NCBI GenBank assembly: GCA_038891095.1
Contig: JAWAEV010000001.1
Span: forward strand, 1 to 64,000
Reading direction: 5' to 3'
Source: Candidatus Altiarchaeota archaeon
GTDB taxonomy: Archaea > Altiarchaeota > Altiarchaeia > IMC4 > QMZM01
DNA: 64,000 bases
Shown: positions 40,370 to 49,536 of the stretch, one piece after another
Layout: each line of letters starts with the position of its first letter
Numbering within the stretch: position 1 is the stretch's first letter
Notes under the pieces: model-generated
The model's database searches: none
Seen by the model: only the letters and a program-made list of their open reading frames with translations
Told to the model about the DNA's origin: nothing
Made by a program: the position numbers and the translations under genes

Positions 40370-41326
40370 TTATTCCAAAATTCCTTTTTTTAGCATATCA
40401 AAAATCCACTCAACCTCTTTCTTTAAACCTTCTTTAATTTTAACTTTTGGTTTGTAGCCAAGAATTTTTCTTGCCTTTGAAATGTCAGCAATTGTATCAG
40501 CCATATCGCCCTTTTGTTTTTCTATATATGAGACATCTGCCTTTCTATTAGTAATCTCTTCCAAAATTTTTATTATTTCATTTATTGAAATTCTTGAGCC
40601 TCCGCCAATATTGAAAATTTCTCCTTCTGCATTAGAATTCATTGCAAGTATATTTGCCTCAACAATATCTGAAACAAAAGTAAAGTCTCTTGTCTGCTCT
40701 CCAGAACCATAAACTTCAAAATTTTTTCCAAGAAGTATGGCCTTAATAAATTTATGGAAAGCCATATCTGGTCTTTGTCTTGGCCCATAGACTGTAAAAT
40801 ATCTCAGAGAGATGCAAGGCACAGAAAAATTTTTCCAGTAAAGTTGACACAAATTCTCAGCTGCTAATTTAGAAACACCATAAGGAGAAATAGGCTTTGT
40901 AATAGAATTTTCCTTCATTGGAAATTTTTTTACATCACCATAAACTGATGATGAAGATGCATAAATGAATTTTTTAATTTTCAATTCCTTACAGGCTTCT
41001 AAAAGTTTTTGAGTTGCAAGGATGTTATTTTGAGTATAAATTTCAAAATCTTTTCCCCAAGATTTTCTCACACCACCTTGAGCTGCTTCATGGAAAATAT
41101 ATTCTATGTTAGATAAAATTTTTTTCAGATTTAAATTTAGGATATTTGCTTCAATAAATTTAAAATTTCTATTTTGTTTAGCTTTTTCTATATTGCTCTC
41201 CTTTATCTTTCTCGCATAATAGTCAGTGAAACAATCTATTCCAATGACCTCGTGACCTAAATCTAAAAGTTTCTCAACTATGTGTGAACCTATAAAACCT
41301 GCACATCCCGTTACAAAACATCTCAT
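40370..41326 (-). CDS. NAD-dependent epimerase, UDP-glucuronate 4-epimerase-like
   Basis: TGCAGFIGSH, ASSSSVYG, SPYGVSK, LRYFTVYGPRQRPDMA. Start moved to the ATG at 41326. Confidence 0.92.
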   Translation of the reverse strand: MRCFVTGCAGFIGSHIVEKLLDLGHEVIGIDCFTDYYARKIKESNIEKAKQNRNFKFIEANILNLNLKKILSNIEYIFHEAAQGGVRKSWGKDFEIYTQNNILATQKLLEACKELKIKKFIYASSSSVYGDVKKFPMKENSITKPISPYGVSKLAAENLCQLYWKNFSVPCISLRYFTVYGPRQRPDMAFHKFIKAILLGKNFEVYGSGEQTRDFTFVSDIVEANILAMNSNAEGEIFNIGGGSRISINEIIKILEEITNRKADVSYIEKQKGDMADTIADISKARKILGYKPKVKIKEGLKKEVEWIFDMLKKGILE

Positions 41327-41376
41327 TTTTCTATTTTTTGTATTTTTATTAATTCCCGAACTAAAGTTAATAAGAC

Positions 41377-42069
41377 ATGAATAATATTGAACTAGCAAAG
41401 AAATTATCTGCAAAGAAGGCAATTGAATTTGTTAAGGAGGGTATGAGTATCGGCTTAGGTACAGGGACAACCACAGAGTATTTTATCTATGGATTATCTA
41501 AGCTAATTGCAAAAGAGAAAATAAAAATTGTTGGAATTCCAACTTCTCTAAACACAGAAAAGTTAGCTAAAAAATTAAAAATTCCAATTTCAACTCTTGA
41601 TAAATATCCCGAAGTAGATCTATGCATTGATGGTGCTGATCAAATTGACTTTAAATTTAATATGATTAAAGGTGGTAAAGGAGCGCATACAAGAGAGAAG
41701 ATAATTGCAAAAGCATCAAAGAAGTATGTTGTCATTGTTGACTATACAAAAATTTCAAGAATCCTTAACAGAGAAGTTCCGGTTGAAATTTTAAATTTTT
41801 CAAAGGGATTTGTTGAGAAAGAGCTGATCAAAATTGGTGGGACTCCAAAATTGAGGGAAAATTTTATAACTGACAATGGATGCATCATCTTAGATACAAA
41901 ATTTAAGAGGATTGATAATGCTAAAAAAACTGAGTTAATGATAAATTCAATTCCAGGAGTAATTGAAAATGGAATTTTCTCGATGAGAAAGCCAGATATT
42001 GTAATTGTTGGTTATCCTGAAAAAGTTGAAATTTTAGAAAGAAGATATTTAAAAAGAAATTCAAAATGA
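41377..42069 (+). CDS. rpiA: Ribose-5-phosphate isomerase A
   Basis: GLGTGTT, IDGADQ, IKGGKGAHTREK, TDNG, PGVIENGIF. Confidence 0.96.
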   Translation: MNNIELAKKLSAKKAIEFVKEGMSIGLGTGTTTEYFIYGLSKLIAKEKIKIVGIPTSLNTEKLAKKLKIPISTLDKYPEVDLCIDGADQIDFKFNMIKGGKGAHTREKIIAKASKKYVVIVDYTKISRILNREVPVEILNFSKGFVEKELIKIGGTPKLRENFITDNGCIILDTKFKRIDNAKKTELMINSIPGVIENGIFSMRKPDIVIVGYPEKVEILERRYLKRNSK

Positions 42070-43157
42070 AAAAATTTGAGCTTTTTTATGACACTGAAAC
42101 TGGAGAAGCATTTTTTCAGGGAATAAATGTTGCAATAGAAGGTGAACACACAATGTTGAGTGAAATTCAGAAAGAATGTGAAAAGATAGTTGGACCTTCA
42201 ACAAAGATAATGATGTATAATGCAGCAAAAAAATTTTCGAAAGAAATTTTTCCTTATTATTTATCATACAAAGGTACGAAAGGGGAAGCAACTAATAGAG
42301 AGATTACTTTAGAACTTTTAGATTTATTGTCTAACTTAGGTTATGGCCTTTTTTCTATAGAAAGTTATGATGAAAAAAATCTTGAATTTGGTGTTAAAGT
42401 AAAAAATTGTTGTAATGCACTAATTCATGGAAAATCTAACAAACAAATATGTTATGCAATTTCTGGAGTTTTAGCATGCCTATTTGAACTCGTATTTAGA
42501 AAAGAGATGTTTTGTGAAGAGATATCTTGCAACTCTCAAGGACATGAATTTTGCAGATTTAAAATCACCTCTTCTGGAAGAGATATCAAAACAATTAAAG
42601 GGGAATGTAAAATAAAAATTCAAAAAGAAAAGGCTAAGAGAGAGTATATTTATTTTGATGAGAGTACCGGTAAAATTAAAGTGAGAGGAATGAATGTACT
42701 TATCTTTCCTAGATGTTGGATTGCAGAAATTCAGAAAGAGTTTGAGAGGATTATCGGACCAGCAACAAAAACAATATTTTACAATATAAACAAAAAATGT
42801 ACTATTAACGATCTACCTAGCATTATCAACTCTAACATTATTGCTAAAATTTTAAAGAAACTATCAAAGAGAAAACTTATGTTTGAGTTATTTAGAGACG
42901 CAAATATGCTTGGGTATGGTATCATAGAACTTCAAGAGTTTAATGAAGATAGTGCTGAAATTAAGATAAAAATAAAAAATTGTTATAATTCTGTAGGTTA
43001 TATAAATACAAAAAAACCGATATGTTATTACACCACTGGACTAATCTCAGGCGCTTCAGAAGTTATTTTTGAAAGAGGAATGGATTGTATTGAAACAAAA
43101 TGTAAAGGCAAAGGAGATGATTATTGTGAATTTTATGCTCATCCAACAAAATATTAA
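42066..43157 (+). CDS. Tandem V4R (COG1719) domain protein
   Basis: Two homologous halves, each with EIQKE.E.I.GP.TK, LGYG, K.ICY...G, E..C...G...C.F. Confidence 0.88.
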   Translation: MKKFELFYDTETGEAFFQGINVAIEGEHTMLSEIQKECEKIVGPSTKIMMYNAAKKFSKEIFPYYLSYKGTKGEATNREITLELLDLLSNLGYGLFSIESYDEKNLEFGVKVKNCCNALIHGKSNKQICYAISGVLACLFELVFRKEMFCEEISCNSQGHEFCRFKITSSGRDIKTIKGECKIKIQKEKAKREYIYFDESTGKIKVRGMNVLIFPRCWIAEIQKEFERIIGPATKTIFYNINKKCTINDLPSIINSNIIAKILKKLSKRKLMFELFRDANMLGYGIIELQEFNEDSAEIKIKIKNCYNSVGYINTKKPICYYTTGLISGASEVIFERGMDCIETKCKGKGDDYCEFYAHPTKY

Positions 43158-43166
43158 TTAAGGAAA

Positions 43167-43541
43167 ATGCCAGAAACAAAAAAAGACAGATTATTGGGAA
43201 TTTTGAAAACTCTCACAGCAATAGGCGACATAGAAGGTTCAGCAATTGTTACAAGGGATGGTCTGCTTATTGCTTCAGATCTTCCAAGAGATGTTGATGC
43301 TGAGACATTTGCAGCAATGTCAGCAACAATGTTAGGAGCAGCAGAAACTGCTGTAAGTGAGCTAAAGAGAGGTATAGTTGAAAGAGTCATTGCTGAAGGC
43401 AAGCAATCAAAGTTAATTGCAAAAGGCGCTGGTGCTTCAGCGGTTTTAGTTTCAATGGTAAGGCCTGATGCTAATCTTGGTTTAGTTTTAGTAGAGATAG
43501 GCAAAGCATCTGAGAAAATTGAGAAGGAGATGAGTGCATAA
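43167..43541 (+). CDS. Roadblock/LC7 (MglB-like) protein
   Basis: IEGSAIVTRDGLLIAS, AAMSATMLGAAE, ANLGLVLVEI. Confidence 0.93.
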   Translation: MPETKKDRLLGILKTLTAIGDIEGSAIVTRDGLLIASDLPRDVDAETFAAMSATMLGAAETAVSELKRGIVERVIAEGKQSKLIAKGAGASAVLVSMVRPDANLGLVLVEIGKASEKIEKEMSA

Positions 43542-43975
43542 TGGAAAAAAATAAATTAAAACTGCAAGAGGAATTACAAAGGAATCTATTAGAGTTAGAA
43601 ATTTACAAGAAAAAATTTGAAAATTTAACTCAGGAAATGCAAATGGTTGAGTTATCCATAGTTGAATTAGACAACACTAAGAAAGCAATAAACATATTGA
43701 AAAATGAAAAATCCTCTGGAGAAACTCTCGTTTCTATAGGCTCTGGAGTTTACTCAAAAGCAAATAATTTAGATAATGAAAAAGTTCTTCTTGGTATTGG
43801 CGCAGGTTTTTATGTAGAGAAAACAATTGATGAAGCATCTAAAATTTTAGATGAAAGAATGGAAAAGTTGAGCAAAGTTGCTAATGAGATACAGAAAAAT
43901 GCCTCAGATGTAAGTGATAAAATCTCGGAGTTAAATAACCTATCTGAAGATCTGCTGAGAGAATTACAAAAATAA
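43541..43975 (+). CDS. pfdA: Prefoldin subunit alpha
   Basis: Coiled coils flanking ETLVSIGSGVY...KVLLGIGAGFYVEK; lies upstream of ftsY. Confidence 0.93.
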   Translation: MEKNKLKLQEELQRNLLELEIYKKKFENLTQEMQMVELSIVELDNTKKAINILKNEKSSGETLVSIGSGVYSKANNLDNEKVLLGIGAGFYVEKTIDEASKILDERMEKLSKVANEIQKNASDVSDKISELNNLSEDLLRELQK

Positions 43976-43991
43976 TATCCCTAATTTTAAA

Positions 43992-44966
43992 ATGTTTGAT
44001 TCTCTGAGAAAGAAAGTAGAGTCTTTCATTGGTGTTATCAGAAAAACTAAGGAAGAAGAAAGCGAAAAAGAAGTTATAGAGTTGGGAAAAATAACAAAAA
44101 TAAAGTATACTCTCAGTGATAAGATAAAATTTTCTAAGGAGGATATAGAGAGCATAATTGAAAATTTTCGGTTTGAATTAATTCAAGCAGATGTTGCTTA
44201 TGAAACCTCAGAGAGAATAGCAGATATGATAAAAGAGGAATTATCAGGAAAAGAGATCCAAAAAAATGAATTGAATTCATTTGTAAGAGGAATATTTAGA
44301 AAGGTACTTCTTGAAATTTTAAATTCTGCTGAGGATTTAGATTTTTTTGATAAAGTTAAAAATTCTGAAAAACCATTTAAAATTATCTTTTTTGGGATAA
44401 ACGGCTCTGGAAAAACAACAACAATTGCAAAAGTTGCATATCTTTTGTTGAAAAAAAATTTTTCAGTTGTATTTGCAGCTGCGGATACATTTAGAGCAGG
44501 AGCAATAGAGCAAATTGAAAAACATGCGCAAAATTTGAATGTTAGAGTTATAAAACATAAAAAAGGTGCTGATTCTGCTGCTGTAATTTATGATGCGATA
44601 GCACATGCAAAATCTAAGGGTATTGATGTAGTATTAGCCGACACTGCAGGAAGAATGCAAACTAACATAAATTTAATGGATGAAATGAAAAAGATCTGCA
44701 GAGTTAATAAACCAGATATGAAAATTTTTGTAGGTGACGCCCTAACAGGTAACGATGCAATTTCTCAAGCAGAAATGTTTGAAAAAGAGATTGGCATAGA
44801 TGCTGTGATACTGACAAAAATGGACGCAGATGTAAAAGGTGGCTGTGCTCTCTCAATAATTAACACAATAAAAAAACCAATAATTTTTATTGGTGTGGGC
44901 CAGAGATACGAAGACTTGGTAGAGTTTGACAAGGAATGGTTTGTAGATAAGATTGTGGGAAAGTAA
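43992..44966 (+). CDS. ftsY: SRP receptor FtsY
   Basis: GINGSGKTTT, DTFRAGA, DTAGR, TKMD, GG.ALS, GVGQRYEDL. Confidence 0.96.
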   Translation: MFDSLRKKVESFIGVIRKTKEEESEKEVIELGKITKIKYTLSDKIKFSKEDIESIIENFRFELIQADVAYETSERIADMIKEELSGKEIQKNELNSFVRGIFRKVLLEILNSAEDLDFFDKVKNSEKPFKIIFFGINGSGKTTTIAKVAYLLLKKNFSVVFAAADTFRAGAIEQIEKHAQNLNVRVIKHKKGADSAAVIYDAIAHAKSKGIDVVLADTAGRMQTNINLMDEMKKICRVNKPDMKIFVGDALTGNDAISQAEMFEKEIGIDAVILTKMDADVKGGCALSIINTIKKPIIFIGVGQRYEDLVEFDKEWFVDKIVGK

Positions 44967-45029
44967 GAAAAGTCATGATTAGTTTTTGGTATATAAGAGA
45001 TTTATCATTCCATAATTAGTTATTTTACA

Positions 45030-45360
45030 CTATGGGCTTTTTAAAGAAGACCGCCATATTTTTTTCAGTTTTGGTATTATTGATGTGATTGTTATGATTC
45101 CTAAGGTCAGAATAATTGATGATATCTCCAAAGTCGGATTACTTCGCATAAGAGGTAAGGTAGCACAGATATACCCCGGAGTACATCCATATTGTTTTTC
45201 GCAATCTGCCAAGGGAAAGAGAGATTATTAGTTATGGCCCAATTAAAACTTAAAAAAGAGCAACATTACAACCAGTGTAATTATTGCTGCTTTTGCTGCA
45301 TCTGAATATTTTATAAAGAATAGAGCAAACTACTAAATAAAGGATAAAAGATAGGTAGAA
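45030..45360 (-). pseudogene. Possible decayed small membrane-protein gene
   Basis: Broken hydrophobic segments FALFFIKYSDAAKAAIITLVVMLLFFKF* and ...ADCEKQYGCTPGYICA...IILTLGIITITSII; no clean start. Confidence 0.3.
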
Positions 45361-45371
45361 TAAATGATCTT

Positions 45372-45456
45372 GAACCCGCAGTCTTTTTAGACTGCGGGCG
45401 GAGGTGGTTGGTCTTGGCTCTCGGAGGTGGTTTGTTTAAGAAACCTCACGAGCTTG
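45372..45456. other. GC-rich structured element: perfect 10-bp hairpin plus a duplicated CGGAGGTGGTT
   Basis: CCCGCAGTCT-TTTT-AGACTGCGGG at 45375-45398; CGGAGGTGGTT at 45399 and 45422; imperfect second stem GCTC..GAGG..TTT / AAA.CCTC..GAGC. Confidence 0.6.
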
Positions 45457-45471
45457 ATTCATGAACAAAAC

Positions 45472-45948
45472 TTATGACTTAATTTCTGATTTAATTTTGT
45501 AGTAAACTTTCCTTCCAACATATACCTTCTCCAAGATATTATCTTTGAATAGCTTACTCATTCTTGCTGATGCTGCATTTCTACCACGATATGCAAACTC
45601 TCTTTTTATATCATCTGCACAAACTTTGCCTTTTTCTTTTATGAAATTTAATATTTCTATGTCCCTCTCTGAAAGCATTTCTGTTTTTGCTATGCCCATC
45701 TGGTTATTTTCAAATTTTTTATTTAGTATTGCTATCTGTTCGCATAGCATATTTAACTTTTCAATAATTGCATCAAATTTCGTGTTAATTTCCTTCACTA
45801 TAAGATTTGTGCTATTCTTCTCTTTCTCTATGACATGAAGAAGCGCAGCTCCAGCAAATGGGTCCTCCATTGCCTCTATTATTTCAGATAACGGCCCGTA
45901 TTGCGCTTTTAGATTTTCTTTATATTCTTCAACAGTTGGATTTTTCAT
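45472..45948 (-). CDS. Coiled-coil plus C-terminal winged-helix DNA-binding protein
   Basis: Heptad region EINTKFDAIIEKLNML, then LSERDIEILNFIKEKGKVCADDIKREFAYRGRNAASARMSKLFKDNILEKVYVGRKVYY (wHTH with wing). Confidence 0.8.
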   Translation of the reverse strand: MKNPTVEEYKENLKAQYGPLSEIIEAMEDPFAGAALLHVIEKEKNSTNLIVKEINTKFDAIIEKLNMLCEQIAILNKKFENNQMGIAKTEMLSERDIEILNFIKEKGKVCADDIKREFAYRGRNAASARMSKLFKDNILEKVYVGRKVYYKIKSEIKS

Positions 45949-45970
45949 GACTATTATGATTTAGTCATGA
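45945..45970. promoter_or_regulatory. Putative operator: inverted repeat TCATGACTA-N8-TAGTCATGA over the wHTH start codon, next to a TATA box
   Basis: Perfect 9-bp arms at 45945-45953 and 45962-45970. TATA-like TTTATATAG on the minus strand at 45973-45981. Confidence 0.6.
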
Positions 45971-46120
45971 TTCTATATAAATAGTTATCGTTTTTTAGCC
46001 AGTTTTTAGCCAAATTTTTGCAAAAATTAGGGTTTTTACCCAATTTTTCAGGATTTTTAGAGAATTTTCATAGGTTTTATATGTTAGGAACACATATATA
46101 AAAATTAACAGGTAAAAAAG

Positions 46121-47002
46121 ATGATAGATACTGAGTTTTTAGAAAATTTAAAAAATTTAAATTTCATAGCTCGGAAGAAAATTACAAGTGTATACATAGG
46201 TTCAAGAAGCTCAGTGATGCAAGGTCGTGGCTTAGAAATTTTTGACCATAGAGAGTATTTCCCAGGAGATGATTTTAGAGCGATAGACTGGAAATTATAT
46301 GGTAGAACTGAAAAATTATTCATTCGTCGCTTTGAGGAAGAAAAAAATCTCACATTACATGTATTAATTGATTCAAGTAGAAGTATGGATTTTTCTCTTG
46401 GTGGAAAGAGAAAATTTGATTATGCAGAAAGTATTGCTATGGGCTTTACATATTTAGCGATGATAAAATATGAAAAATTTTCAACAGCTTTATATGCTGA
46501 GAAAATTAGAGAAGTTACAGCAGCAAAAAAAGGGAAAAAACATTTCTTTAGTATTTTAGATTTGTTAAATAAAGTTGAACCATATGGCCAAAGTAAATTA
46601 AAAGAATCAATGGAACAGTATAGGAATTTTATAAAGACAAAATCCTTTGTTGTGTTAATATCTGACTTCTTAGAGGAGCTATCTTCAATAGAAGAAGGGC
46701 TTTACAGACTTGCAAAAAATTCAAAAGAATGTATTGCAATACAAATTTTAGATCCAAGTGAAATTTATCTTAAGTGGAATGAGGACATAAAATTTGAGGA
46801 TTTAGAGACATATAGGACAGAGGTAGCTTACATAAGCCCAGGATTTAGAGAGGAATATAGAAGAAGAATAAAAGAGCACATATTCAAAATACAAAAAATT
46901 TGTGATGATTTAGATATAGAATTTTTTTTACTCACTACAGATATGCCATTATTTGATTCATTTCTGAATATTTTAAGATTGAAAAAGAAGGTTATAATAT
47001 AA
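46121..47002 (+). CDS. DUF58 (vWA-like, normally MoxR-associated) protein
   Basis: GRGLEIFDHREYFPGDDFRAIDWK, FIRRFEEE, IDSSRSM, LISDF, ILDPSE. Confidence 0.92.
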   Translation: MIDTEFLENLKNLNFIARKKITSVYIGSRSSVMQGRGLEIFDHREYFPGDDFRAIDWKLYGRTEKLFIRRFEEEKNLTLHVLIDSSRSMDFSLGGKRKFDYAESIAMGFTYLAMIKYEKFSTALYAEKIREVTAAKKGKKHFFSILDLLNKVEPYGQSKLKESMEQYRNFIKTKSFVVLISDFLEELSSIEEGLYRLAKNSKECIAIQILDPSEIYLKWNEDIKFEDLETYRTEVAYISPGFREEYRRRIKEHIFKIQKICDDLDIEFFLLTTDMPLFDSFLNILRLKKKVII

Positions 47003-47700
47003 TGGAAAAATTCATTTCAATACAAAAGGATTTTGATAAATTGATTGGTGGAGGTTTAATTTCAGGTAACATAACACATATTTATGGTCCGCCCGCATCT
47101 GGAAAAACAAATTTTGCTATGATAGCAATGAAAAATGCTGCCAAAGAAGGCAAAGTTATCTTCATCGACTCAGAAGGTGGTTTCTCCATAGAGAGACTAA
47201 AGCAAATTTCTGGTGAGGAATTTGAAAATGTTTTGAAAAATTTATTATTAATTGAACCAACTGATTATGATGAGCAGAAAGTTGCAATTAAAAAGTTAGA
47301 TGAACTTGTGCCAAAAGTAAGTGCAAAATTAGTCATTGTTGATTCAATTGCTGTTCTTTATCGCTTAGAAGAGGAGAAAGATGTTAAGGAACTTGGAAGA
47401 CAATTAGCTCAATTATTGAAAGTTGCAAGAAAGAATAATATTCCTGTGCTTATAACAAATCAAGTTTATACAGATATTAACACACAAAAAGTAGTGCCAA
47501 TCGGTGGAGACATCTTGAGATATTGGGCAAAAATTGTAATTTCATTAGAAAAATTCAATGACCGAAGATTTGCAATTCTTGAAAAACATAAATTTCTTCC
47601 TGAAGGAGCAAAATTAGAATTTAAAATTTGTGAAAAAGGAATTGAGATTATTGAAGAAGAAGTCGAAAGCTCTAAAACACAACAACCTTCACTCATTTGA
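47002..47700 (+). CDS. radB: DNA repair and recombination protein RadB
   Basis: Short RecA core, YGPPASGKTN, FIDSEGGFSIER, VDS, ITNQVY, PIGG, KHK basic patch. Confidence 0.92.
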   Translation: MEKFISIQKDFDKLIGGGLISGNITHIYGPPASGKTNFAMIAMKNAAKEGKVIFIDSEGGFSIERLKQISGEEFENVLKNLLLIEPTDYDEQKVAIKKLDELVPKVSAKLVIVDSIAVLYRLEEEKDVKELGRQLAQLLKVARKNNIPVLITNQVYTDINTQKVVPIGGDILRYWAKIVISLEKFNDRRFAILEKHKFLPEGAKLEFKICEKGIEIIEEEVESSKTQQPSLI

Positions 47701-47822
47701 GTAATAGAAAATAGTAAAGAATGAGCACGCTACATAAGCAATTGGGACATCTCTATTGAACGCAGAACAAACTACAAAAGGTTGAAACATTAGAAGAGGT
47801 ATATTGCTTTCTTACTGCTTTC

Positions 47823-49100
47823 TCACCAAGCAAGCCCTTCATAATCTATACCCTCTTTATTTCTAACAATATTTCTGCCATCAACAACAATTTTATTCTT
47901 CATTACTGAAAAATCCAAATTTTCAAATTCTTTCCAATCAGTTAAAATTAAGGCTATGTCCGCATCTTTTAAAGCTTCCTCTGCTGAATTTGCATATTGT
48001 ATATTAGAAAAAATTTTTTTCATATTAATCATGGCTTTTGGGTCATATGCTGAAATTTTTGCTTTTTCCTTGAGTAAAATTTTTATGACAGGTATTGACT
48101 GAGATTCACGGATATCATCAGTATCTGCCTTAAAAGCTAAACCAAGAACTGCAACTTTCTTTCCTGAGAAATTTTTAACTTTCTTTTTTGCTAACTCAAT
48201 TAGCTTATAAGGCTGTTTGGAATTTACTTTCATAACTGAACTTAGAAGTTCAGGATTATAGTTAACTTTCTTTGCTTCATGAATTAAAGCTTTTAAATCT
48301 TTTGGAAAACAACTACCACCAAAACCTAAGCCAGCATTTAAAAAGTATGGTGAAATTCTATGATCTAACGAAATTCCTTTTGCTACATCATAAGTATCAA
48401 TTCCTAATTTCTTGCAAATGTTCCCAATTTCATTAATGAAAGAAATTTTTGTTGCTAAGAAAGCGTTAGAAGCATATTTAATCATTTCAGCAGTTTTTAT
48501 ATCAGTTCTGAAAATTTTTGAATTGAAGTCCTTATATAGATCCTCTACTATATCACCACTCTTTTTGTCAATTGACCCAATAACAATTCTGTCAGGCTTT
48601 AAGAAATCATCAAGAGCTATACCCTCCCTTAAAAATTCGGGATTCATTACTAAGCCAAAATCTTTCTTACAAATTTTTCCAGAAATTTTTTCTATTATCG
48701 GCTTCACAATATTCTCAGTAGTTCCGGGAACAACAGTACTTTTAACAACAACAACATGATATGTTTTTTCTTTTAAATTTTTTGCAATATCAGCAGATAC
48801 TTTTTTAACATATTTTAAATCAGATGAACCATCTTTATCAGTAGGGGTTCCAACACAGATAAAGGTGATATCAGAATTTAAAATTGCTTCACTCAAATTT
48901 AAAGTAGCGAATAAATTTTTTCCTATTCTATTCTCTAAAATTTCTTGTAACCCTTTTTCATATATTGGAGCTTTTTTTTCATTTATAAGCTCTATTTTTC
49001 TCTTATCAATATCAACACAGAAAACCCTGTGTCCTTTTTCAGCAAATCCTGCAGCGGTGATTAAGCCCACATAACCTGCACCAATAACTGCAATATTCAT
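47823..49100 (-). CDS. ugd: UDP-glucose 6-dehydrogenase
   Basis: GAGYVGL, CVGTP, KSTVVPGT, NPEFLREG, GFGGSCFPKD, DDIRES. Start moved to the ATG at 49100. Confidence 0.93.
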   Translation of the reverse strand: MNIAVIGAGYVGLITAAGFAEKGHRVFCVDIDKRKIELINEKKAPIYEKGLQEILENRIGKNLFATLNLSEAILNSDITFICVGTPTDKDGSSDLKYVKKVSADIAKNLKEKTYHVVVVKSTVVPGTTENIVKPIIEKISGKICKKDFGLVMNPEFLREGIALDDFLKPDRIVIGSIDKKSGDIVEDLYKDFNSKIFRTDIKTAEMIKYASNAFLATKISFINEIGNICKKLGIDTYDVAKGISLDHRISPYFLNAGLGFGGSCFPKDLKALIHEAKKVNYNPELLSSVMKVNSKQPYKLIELAKKKVKNFSGKKVAVLGLAFKADTDDIRESQSIPVIKILLKEKAKISAYDPKAMINMKKIFSNIQYANSAEEALKDADIALILTDWKEFENLDFSVMKNKIVVDGRNIVRNKEGIDYEGLAW

Positions 49101-49137
49101 TTTGTGAAATTTACTTATATCCTTAGAATAATAAATT

Positions 49138-49485
49138 ATGAATGTGGAAGTAAAAAAACCCAAAATTGTCAAAAAACCATGGGGCAGAGAAATTTGGATT
49201 GCTAATGAGCAGGAATATGCCGGAAAAATTCTAGAAATTAAAAGAGGTTTTAGCACATCTCTTCATTATCATAAAGAAAAGAAAGAGACAATGTATGTTC
49301 TTAAAGGGAACGCAAAAATAAAATTTGAGAAAAAAGATATTAGCTTGAAAGAAGGTCAGAGCATAGTCATTAACAGGAGTGAAATGCATAAGATAATTGC
49401 CATAACAGATTTAAAAATTTTAGAAGTTAGCACTCCTCAACTTGATGATGTTACTAGAGTAGAGGACAACTATGGTAGAGTTTAG
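49138..49485 (+). CDS. Cupin-domain protein (mannose-6-phosphate isomerase type II C-terminal-like)
   Basis: KPWG.E, SLHYHKEKKETMYV, H, LEVSTP.LDDV.R.ED.YGR. Confidence 0.85.
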   Translation: MNVEVKKPKIVKKPWGREIWIANEQEYAGKILEIKRGFSTSLHYHKEKKETMYVLKGNAKIKFEKKDISLKEGQSIVINRSEMHKIIAITDLKILEVSTPQLDDVTRVEDNYGRV

Positions 49486-49536
49486 TAGAATTTAGTAAAA
49501 GAAGTTAAATTCTAAGTAAATAAATTCTAAGTAAAA

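Noticed and set aside
45366-45405. GAA-CCC...GGG hairpin as an archaeal SECIS element or as SRP RNA near ftsY
   Set aside because: It lacks the opposing A and a good lower stem, no in-frame UGA gene lies upstream on that strand, and it is far too short and lacks the SRP helix 8 motif.
47701-47822. Short Cys-containing reading frames between radB and ugd
   Set aside because: Frames are under 35 codons with no coherent motif.
49506-49535. 15-bp tandem duplication TAAATTCTAAGTAAA upstream of purA
   Set aside because: Real, but most simply a slippage micro-duplication in AT-rich DNA with no evidence of function.
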